Shown: positions 1-6,484 of the stretch, piece after piece
Layout: each line of letters starts with the position of its first letter
How positions within the stretch are numbered: the first letter of the stretch is position 1
Origin: Myxococcota bacterium
GTDB taxonomy: Bacteria; Myxococcota_A; Bradymonadia; UBA7976; UBA1532
DNA: 23,794 nucleotides
Direction: 5' to 3'
NCBI GenBank assembly: GCA_036337435.1
Contig: JAYZEG010000074.1
Location: forward strand, 1 to 23,794
Notes under the pieces: model-generated
Told to the model about the DNA's origin: nothing
Seen by the model: only the letters and a program-made list of their open reading frames with translations
Databases searched by the model: none
Made by a program: the position numbers and the translations under genes

Positions 1-1
1 T

Positions 2-1012
2 TCGGAGCTTATTATGCTCGACGTTCCCGAGAACACGGTCGGTCTGCACATCGATGCGGTCGGTGACCCAACTTTTCTATATGCGATTTCGCATATGGAA
101 AGCCAGGATGGGGACGTACTCGTCTCGGAGAGCCCTGCTGGGGTTACTATCACAAACCAAGATCGCCAGTTATCTCCGTTCCCGGGCCCCTTCAAAAGCC
201 CGAATCGCTCTGCATCTCCCAATACCGGCGTCGCGACTCTCCTGGCACCGAACAACTTGAACGTGAATTTTTATCCCGGTATCTGGCGTATTCGTGTATC
301 GGCACTGGGTCCCTTTGGAGCAGTCAATACGACGACCGATTTACGCATCACCTTCAAACGAGGTGCAACTCCGCAGACCACCGGCCGCTTGCCCGTGCAC
401 TTTTTCTTTACGGGTTCCAATGGCTGGACAGCCCAATCAGCCCCCAACAACTCAGCGTTTCAGGCCGCTGTGGAACGCATGGCCTCTTTTTATCGAGCCA
501 TCGGTATCGAGCTGACCGACTTCACATTTGACGATATTTCGGCGAGCTATCGACAAGTTGATATCGGCCCACTCGGCCCTGGACGCCCGGAGAGTTCTTT
601 GCACGATATGTTTAGTCTGAACACCTATGATACGGGTGTTGCTCTGTTCTTCGTTGATCGCATTGGCATGGGCCAAAGCGGTGGCATTGTCGGTGGGATT
701 TCTGGTGGCACGCCGGGCCCCTTGCGACCAGAAACCGTCAGGAGCGGGGTCGCTGTTGCAACTCTATTGTCATCATCACCAGGCGAATTAGGGCATGTGA
801 TGGCGCATGAAACGGGTCATTACCTGGGCTTGTTTCATACCCAAGAAACCGTGGGTGGAATTGTAGACCAACTCAATGATACACCGACGGGTTTCTTCAG
901 CAGCGATAATCTCATGTTTCCAACCGTCACCAGTGCCCCGGCGAGCCTTTCAGACGAGCAAGCGTGGGTTATCTACCGAAATCCCATCATCGAGGACGCA
1001 GACGATGACTAG
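2..1012 (+). CDS. Zinc metalloprotease, metzincin clan (M43/pappalysin-ulilysin-like); probably 5'-truncated by the window edge (first ATG at 14)
   Basis: HETGHYLGLFH (HExxHxxGxxH, nt 806-838), followed by DQLNDTP and a Met-turn-like NLMFP. The frame is open back to nt 2. A GGAG at 4-7 means ATG14 cannot be excluded as the start. Confidence 0.85.
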   Translation, partial: SELIMLDVPENTVGLHIDAVGDPTFLYAISHMESQDGDVLVSESPAGVTITNQDRQLSPFPGPFKSPNRSASPNTGVATLLAPNNLNVNFYPGIWRIRVSALGPFGAVNTTTDLRITFKRGATPQTTGRLPVHFFFTGSNGWTAQSAPNNSAFQAAVERMASFYRAIGIELTDFTFDDISASYRQVDIGPLGPGRPESSLHDMFSLNTYDTGVALFFVDRIGMGQSGGIVGGISGGTPGPLRPETVRSGVAVATLLSSSPGELGHVMAHETGHYLGLFHTQETVGGIVDQLNDTPTGFFSSDNLMFPTVTSAPASLSDEQAWVIYRNPIIEDADDD

Positions 1013-1448
1013 ACTTCGCCAAGGTCTGGCCTTGCTATTGCTGGCTCTATTGCCCAACGTCAGCATCGGACACCCACCCAATGACTTACGTCTACTTTTG
1101 TCATCCATCGACCGGCCGCTCACACAAGCAGAGTTGCAGCGCTGTCATGCGACTGTCGATGAACTGCTCGAGATCGCCGGTTCATCCGGTCAGTCGCTTT
1201 ACCGACGTGGTCGGGCCATCGCAGCACTCGGACAACTTGCCGACCCAAGTAGCCTGAGTGGACTCATAGACCTTTGGGATCGTGACCTTCAGCCTGGACT
1301 CCAAGTTGAAATCGTCTATGCCATCAATGCATTTGAATTCAAACTCGATCTCTGGCACTTAACCAGCCTGCTTGAGAGCCGCCTGCCCAGTGCCAGTCCA
1401 CCCGCATTCATGGCGATCACCCGTATCCTTGGATTGAGCGTGCCCTAA
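1005..1448 (+). CDS. Small putative secreted helical protein (147 aa, HEAT-like segment)
   Basis: ATG1005 overlaps the protease stop and has GAGGA 8 nt upstream. N-terminus MTRLRQGLALLLLALLPNVSIG looks like a signal peptide. RGRAIAALGQL and QVEIVYAI resemble HEAT/PBS-lyase helices. The ORF-track start at 876 lies inside the protease gene and is unlikely. Confidence 0.65.
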   Translation: MTRLRQGLALLLLALLPNVSIGHPPNDLRLLLSSIDRPLTQAELQRCHATVDELLEIAGSSGQSLYRRGRAIAALGQLADPSSLSGLIDLWDRDLQPGLQVEIVYAINAFEFKLDLWHLTSLLESRLPSASPPAFMAITRILGLSVP

Positions 1449-3175
1449 CGTTTTCTAAGAAAAACACGCCAGCTGTTATTACGCCGATCAAACAAGTCCA
1501 TCGCCTCCAGTTTCAGGGGATAAAACCCATGCCGGTATACGACTACTGCCGAGTCAACCGGGAGTTCGCATTTGTCGACGTCCCGACAAAATACATGACC
1601 ATCTTTTCGACGTACAAAACGAGATTTGCCTTGCGCCACGGTGACCAGAACCATGGCACTGGGTCTTCGAACATTTTTCTCTGCCATGAGCTGCTTGACG
1701 ATATTAGGTGCGTCATCAGGCGGGCCAACATCTGCGCGTGTCTGACTTTTTATCGCTTCGAAAACACTGCGCACACTCATGTCGGTTTCCATGGAAGCTG
1801 CCGACTGACCAGCTTCGAATCCTTGGGTCTTCGAAGTGTAGATGACAATACCGACTGTAATCGCGGCGATGATGGCCACCATAAGAGCAACTGTTTGCGA
1901 TGATTGACGACTCGGATTCCGCTGTTGAGCAGCGAGAGGGTCCAGCGATGATCGACTGTCCAAATGTCCGGTTTTCAAGTTTGAAGTCAGAAGGCCTGCG
2001 GACTCACTCTCGGACAGCGAAACATTTTGCTCCGTTTGGTGTTGAAGGGGTCTCGTCTCCTCTAGGGTCTTGGAATAATCTAGGGCCAGGTGAAGGGTCT
2101 CGGGGGCCATGTCGTCAAAACCAGGCCCACGCCCGTCCAACGTCGAGTTACCCGCAATCGGCAGATCTATCGAGTCAGACATGGTTTCATACCCTGCACC
2201 ATCGAGGCCAGACGGGTTGGTCTTTCCTGTCGACTCAAGCCAAACGGGCAATTGGGCTGATTTCCCTACGTCGTCCGATGTGTGCACCAGTTGAGGGTTT
2301 GCGTTCGTTTGCATACTGGCTCGAGCCGCACTCAACAAGGTCTGCAATCGTTTACCGAGCGCGGATGCACTCGCGGGCCGTTCTTCTGGATCTTTTCGTA
2401 GGCACACCATGACCAAATCATCTATCTCAGCTCCGAATTCGCGTATTGGTGCGCGCTCTCGCAATGGGATGGGCTGTTCCGATATTTGACGTCTGAGAAC
2501 CTCAGCAGGTTCACCGACAAAAACATCCACACCTGTCAACATTCGGTACATGGTGGCACCGAAGGAATAGATATCGGTAGCTGGGGTGACCGACCCCATC
2601 ATGGCCTGTTCTGGAGCCATGTAATGAGGTGAGCCTTTCACTCCCATCGAGGGCAATGGCATTCTTACGTTTCGGTCTGACTCCCATAGTTTAGCGACAC
2701 CAAAATCAAGCACCTTGACGGCGTCTTGGCGTTCTCCTGCCAAACGCTGGAGAAAAATATTACCGGGCTTCAGGTCGCGATGAACCAGTCCGACGGCATG
2801 GGCTTCTGCCAAAGCATTTAAGACTTCCTGACCGATATAGAGTGCATCCACTAAATCGAGTCGATGTTCTCGTATGAGGCGCTGAGACAAATCTTCGCCC
2901 TCGAGAAACTCCGTGACCATGTAAGGTTCACCAGACTCATTGAAGCCAAAATCGAGCACCCGGAGAATTTGTGGGCTATGGAGCTTGCTGAGGTTTTGAA
3001 CCTCTCGAATGAACGCTTGCTGAACAGCGTCATCGTCGCGAACATCAGCCCGAATTTGTTTAATGGCAACCCATCGATCGAGGTGCGGATGACGGGCCTT
3101 CCAGATGGTACCCATGCCACCTTCTGCGATGAGCGTGACGAGTTGATACCCGCCTATGTATCGTGGTTCATTCAT
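1445..3175 (-). CDS. Hanks-type (Pkn2-like) Ser/Thr protein kinase with one TM helix and a small C-terminal extracytoplasmic domain
   Basis: Motifs IAEGGMGTIW, VAIK, HRDLKPGN, DFG, GSPHYMAPE and DIYSFG. Long S/T/D-rich linker, then TM VALMVAIIAAITVGIVIY. Start is ATG3175 (MNEPRY) or GTG3193. Confidence 0.93.
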   Translation of the reverse strand: MNEPRYIGGYQLVTLIAEGGMGTIWKARHPHLDRWVAIKQIRADVRDDDAVQQAFIREVQNLSKLHSPQILRVLDFGFNESGEPYMVTEFLEGEDLSQRLIREHRLDLVDALYIGQEVLNALAEAHAVGLVHRDLKPGNIFLQRLAGERQDAVKVLDFGVAKLWESDRNVRMPLPSMGVKGSPHYMAPEQAMMGSVTPATDIYSFGATMYRMLTGVDVFVGEPAEVLRRQISEQPIPLRERAPIREFGAEIDDLVMVCLRKDPEERPASASALGKRLQTLLSAARASMQTNANPQLVHTSDDVGKSAQLPVWLESTGKTNPSGLDGAGYETMSDSIDLPIAGNSTLDGRGPGFDDMAPETLHLALDYSKTLEETRPLQHQTEQNVSLSESESAGLLTSNLKTGHLDSRSSLDPLAAQQRNPSRQSSQTVALMVAIIAAITVGIVIYTSKTQGFEAGQSAASMETDMSVRSVFEAIKSQTRADVGPPDDAPNIVKQLMAEKNVRRPSAMVLVTVAQGKSRFVRRKDGHVFCRDVDKCELPVDSAVVVYRHGFYPLKLEAMDLFDRRNNSWRVFLRKR

Positions 3176-3204
3176 TGATCCAGATGATGGCACAACCCGA
3201 GACG

Positions 3205-3219
3205 TCTAGACAGTCTAGA
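3205..3219. promoter_or_regulatory. 15-bp palindrome TCTAGAC-A-GTCTAGA, candidate operator
   Basis: Perfect 7-bp inverted repeat in the short gap between the KamA-family gene and the kinase. Function is not demonstrated. Confidence 0.25.
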
Positions 3220-3228
3220 AGTAAGCGT

Positions 3229-4365
3229 CTATTCAGCGGACGGGTCGACCCAGTGGACCGGATGATCATTAAGGGGGCTCATCATTCGATAGAGCCCAGG
3301 CTGCTCCAATTCAACAACCGCATCACTGTCGACGTCCACTTTTCCCCCTCCGCCGGGCACCTCGATGACGTAGCGAGGTCGGTCTGGCCCCGACAAAAGC
3401 TTCAAAAGCTTACGATATATTCTTTTGCCACGCCGAAGACTGACCCGGAAGTGAGCCGTCCCAGGCGCAGGGTCTAAATGATGCAAATAATAGGGTCGTA
3501 CGCCGATATAGCCGAGTTCATTATATAACTCCGCCAAAACCTTGGGCGCGTCATTGACGCCCTTTAAAAGCACAGATTGATTCGCCAGTATGAAGCCTGA
3601 ATCGCGCATCATCTCAAGTTTGCTGATGGCCAATGGGGTCAACTCCCTGGGATGATTAAAGTGGCTAACCAGATAAATTTGTTGAGGTCGGCCGAGTGCC
3701 CGGATGAACTCCTGGTCGATACGGTAAGGAAAGGTGACAGGCATGCGGGTATGAATCCGGATTCGTCTCACGTGGGAAATAGACACGAGCTGTTCTATCA
3801 GGGCACCAAGACGCTGATTGGACAGGATCAGCGGATCACCACCGCTGAGGATAACCTCGCTTATCTCGGTTTTTTTCTCGATGTATTCAAGGGCTTGCGG
3901 AACCGCCTTGTGGTATCGAATTTGACCGTCATTCAAAGCAACTTTGCGAAAGCAATACCGACAGTACATTGGACATATGTGTGTCGGCGTCAGCAAGACG
4001 CGATTAGGATAACGGTGAATTAAGGCCTGGTTCACCCGATGTGCATTATCGCCAGTCGGATCAGATTCGACGCGCTCATCATCGTCTAATTCATCGATGT
4101 GAGGAATCGCCTGAAGTCGAATTGGGCAATTGGAATCATCGGGATCGATCAAGTTAAGATAATAGTCGCTGACAAAGGTTTTGTGGCGTTTTTCGACTGT
4201 TTCCAGTGCCTGCTGTTCGTCGGGCGACAACACACCTCTGACAACGAGAGATGATACGTTTTTGGCCGAATGACCTAGACGGGTCTTCCAATCATCCCGC
4301 CGCCCATCCTTGGCATTGTCGCCAATGTGAACTAAGGCACTCTCAGTGAACCTTGCATCGAGCAT
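3229..4365 (-). CDS. KamA-family radical SAM/PLP aminomutase (lysine 2,3-aminomutase / EpmB-like)
   Basis: HRYPNRVLL, CPMYCRYCFRK (CxxxCxxC, nt 3952-3975), ILSGGDPL, RIHTR, HFNHPRE, NQSVLLKGVND, PYYLHHLD and the PLP-lysine motif PGGGGK. Confidence 0.92.
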   Translation of the reverse strand: MLDARFTESALVHIGDNAKDGRRDDWKTRLGHSAKNVSSLVVRGVLSPDEQQALETVEKRHKTFVSDYYLNLIDPDDSNCPIRLQAIPHIDELDDDERVESDPTGDNAHRVNQALIHRYPNRVLLTPTHICPMYCRYCFRKVALNDGQIRYHKAVPQALEYIEKKTEISEVILSGGDPLILSNQRLGALIEQLVSISHVRRIRIHTRMPVTFPYRIDQEFIRALGRPQQIYLVSHFNHPRELTPLAISKLEMMRDSGFILANQSVLLKGVNDAPKVLAELYNELGYIGVRPYYLHHLDPAPGTAHFRVSLRRGKRIYRKLLKLLSGPDRPRYVIEVPGGGGKVDVDSDAVVELEQPGLYRMMSPLNDHPVHWVDPSAE

Positions 4366-4372
4366 TCAGGCT

Positions 4373-4939
4373 CTACTCGGCCTGCTTCGGTTGCGATGCG
4401 TCTTTGGGCCCTTTCTTTGCATCTTCTTTGGCTTCCTCGGCCGCTTGCTTGGCTAGTTTTTTTTCAAGCTTCTTGAGCTTTTTCAAGCTCTTGTTGACCT
4501 TTGTGATGACCTTTAAAAGATTTTTCCGGATTTTAACGACGGCCTTCCCGGTCTTCTTCGTCGCCTTTTGGTCGCCTGACGCTTCAGCGGTCTGATAGGC
4601 ATCTAGGGCCGCAGAATGAGTCATATAGTACGTGTTCATAGCCTCTAAAAACAGATTGCTGGCCGACCCGACCGCCTCTTCAATATCTGCATATTCCTGC
4701 ACAGCTGACTGAAGCCGGTTGAGTCTTTTCTCAGTGGTCTCCCGCGCCTCATCCACCATCTTCTTGAGGGCAGGGTCAGGGTCCTTGACCGCTGGTGCTT
4801 GCGCCTTTTCTTTCTTGGTCTCGACGGCGGTGTCATCCGCAAGGGGGTCGAGTGGGTCGGTCTCTGCCAATACAGGCTGGCTCATACAAGTGGCCAAAAG
4901 AAAGAGACAAAGAAAACAACGATTGAACAAAATGCTCAT
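4373..4939 (-). CDS. Hypothetical secreted coiled-coil protein, Lys/Ala-rich C-terminus (188 aa)
   Basis: AGGAGA RBS before ATG4939. Signal peptide ending VLA|E. Helical, charged composition. Stop is 7 nt before the KamA-family start. Confidence 0.8.
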   Translation of the reverse strand: MSILFNRCFLCLFLLATCMSQPVLAETDPLDPLADDTAVETKKEKAQAPAVKDPDPALKKMVDEARETTEKRLNRLQSAVQEYADIEEAVGSASNLFLEAMNTYYMTHSAALDAYQTAEASGDQKATKKTGKAVVKIRKNLLKVITKVNKSLKKLKKLEKKLAKQAAEEAKEDAKKGPKDASQPKQAE

Positions 4940-4970
4940 GTAGAAATCTCCTAATCACAGTGATGGCGGT

Positions 4971-5007
4971 ATTCTGAACGGGTTGCCTTGACGAATCAAT
5001 AGGTCAA
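4971..5007 (-). promoter_or_regulatory. Possible sigma70-type promoter (TTGATT-17-CAGAAT) overlapped by an inverted repeat TTGAC-N10-GTCAA
   Basis: Read by eye on the - strand about 30-70 nt upstream of ATG4939. The inverted repeat is at 4988-5007. Matches to consensus are imperfect. Confidence 0.25.
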
Positions 5008-5330
5008 ATATTCGTTTTTTTGAGGGCCCATCATTCGAGAAGCCCCAGACTGCGATATCGAACGATAATTTGGGCAAAGCGCGTCTCAAGACTCTCCGCT
5101 GGACACCACCCTAAGTAAGCCTTCAAGCGCGGGGATGTACAAATCCAATGGCCAACGGTTGCTGCACGCCATTTATCTATGGATAGGTTGGAACTGGGGT
5201 GACAAAAGATTCATACCCGGTCTCCGTAGGCAAGCAGTGTTGGCACCAAAGTCCGACCGACGAAGCTGGTTGCGCCGGTGACGCGTATGCACTGCAAAGT
5301 CCCGACCACTACAGATTGCTGAGGGGGAGA

Positions 5331-6383
5331 CTAGCAGCAAGCACCTGGAGCTGAATCCGACGATTGCACAGCACCATCGGGTCCACAATCAAAGATCCCA
5401 TAGTGAACGTCTGTATTGCCATCGATCCGAAAATGAGGGGCAAGACGACTGTCGGCAATCATAGAGGCTGTATTCGAACAGACGGGCATGGGCTTGCCAG
5501 TGAGAAAAATATGGTGATCATCGAGTCCGAATCGGTGGGGCTTGTTGTCTATGGTGCCCAGATACCATGCAACCTGACCATAATCCTCACAGCGGTCTTC
5601 AAGTTTCGGAAGATTGAAGACCCGAATTGTCATCGAGTAGAAGCGCACATTGCCGCAGCGCCTTTCAAGCTCAGGATTACTGGGTTCAATGGTACTCGCC
5701 GCAATCACTCTGTAGTCACGGATGCCCAGGTCAGACATGATCCGCCTAAAATCTTCGACATAGAGAGCACCACCTAAGCATTCACCAACCAGGACCGGGT
5801 CCTGCTTCATCTCAGACGATAATCGGCGATCCGAAAATACATCGGAGAAGTATAACTCACCACCCGGCTTTAGAACTCTTAAGATCTCTTTAAAGACAGC
5901 TTTCTTATCTGGAGCAAGGTTGATGACACAGTTTGAGATGGCAACATCTACACTGCCATCCTCAACACCAATTTCATCCAGTCTTTCCATATATCCTTCG
6001 TGAAAACTGACGTTGGACTGTTCATGGCCAAACCGGAGTCGATGTTCTTCTTGGTATTTACGGGCCACGTCCAGCTGCTGGGGTGTCATATCAACCCCAA
6101 TGACACGCCCATTTTCACCGACCAACTGTGACGCGAGATAGACATCTCGACCAGTCCCACACCCAAGGTCGAGTACAGTGCAGCCGTCCAAAACGTCCGG
6201 AATCGGTGAGCCGCATCCATAAAACTTTGTCTGAATTTCATCGGCGATCAGCGCGACTTGAGACCTCAAGTGAACTGGTATCGCCTCGGTCGGACAACAC
6301 GCTGTCGTCTGAAGATCGGCTTTCGTCTTGAGGACTTCTCCGTAGTAGGTCTTCACATCTTCATGCGTGTGTAAATCAGTCAT
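5331..6383 (-). CDS. arsM: Arsenite S-adenosylmethionine methyltransferase (ArsM/AS3MT family, 350 aa)
   Basis: YYGEVL..DLQTTACC, KFYGCG, SAM motif VLDLGCGTGRD, ISNCVINL, GECLGGA, and terminal GACC. All four catalytic-Cys contexts of AS3MT/ArsM are present. Start ATG6383 follows GAAGGGTGAG. Confidence 0.9.
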   Translation of the reverse strand: MTDLHTHEDVKTYYGEVLKTKADLQTTACCPTEAIPVHLRSQVALIADEIQTKFYGCGSPIPDVLDGCTVLDLGCGTGRDVYLASQLVGENGRVIGVDMTPQQLDVARKYQEEHRLRFGHEQSNVSFHEGYMERLDEIGVEDGSVDVAISNCVINLAPDKKAVFKEILRVLKPGGELYFSDVFSDRRLSSEMKQDPVLVGECLGGALYVEDFRRIMSDLGIRDYRVIAASTIEPSNPELERRCGNVRFYSMTIRVFNLPKLEDRCEDYGQVAWYLGTIDNKPHRFGLDDHHIFLTGKPMPVCSNTASMIADSRLAPHFRIDGNTDVHYGIFDCGPDGAVQSSDSAPGACC

Positions 6384-6484
6384 TTGCTCACCCTTCAATA
6401 CAATCGGAAACAGTCGCCAATTAACCTGTACTTTGCGCCAAAACAAGTAACAAAGCGCAACGAGATTGTGACAATTGCCTGCGA

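Noticed and set aside
4991..5021. ACGAAT/ATTCGT stem followed by a T-run as a + strand terminator
   Set aside because: The stem is a weak, AT-rich 6 bp with a 13-nt loop, and there is no + strand gene upstream to terminate.
5020..5330. Glycine, c-di-GMP or cobalamin riboswitch, SRP RNA, 6S RNA or tRNA in the gap
   Set aside because: Only fragments such as GGAGAG and GGCAAAGC are present. The partner motifs (CCGAAG/CTCAGG, GAAA tetraloop stem, SRP helix 8, T-loop GTTCGA) were not found by eye.
5173..5388. 71-aa - strand ORF in the gap after arsM
   Set aside because: It overlaps the arsM 3' end, has no evident RBS, and has an atypical Arg/Cys/Ser-rich composition.
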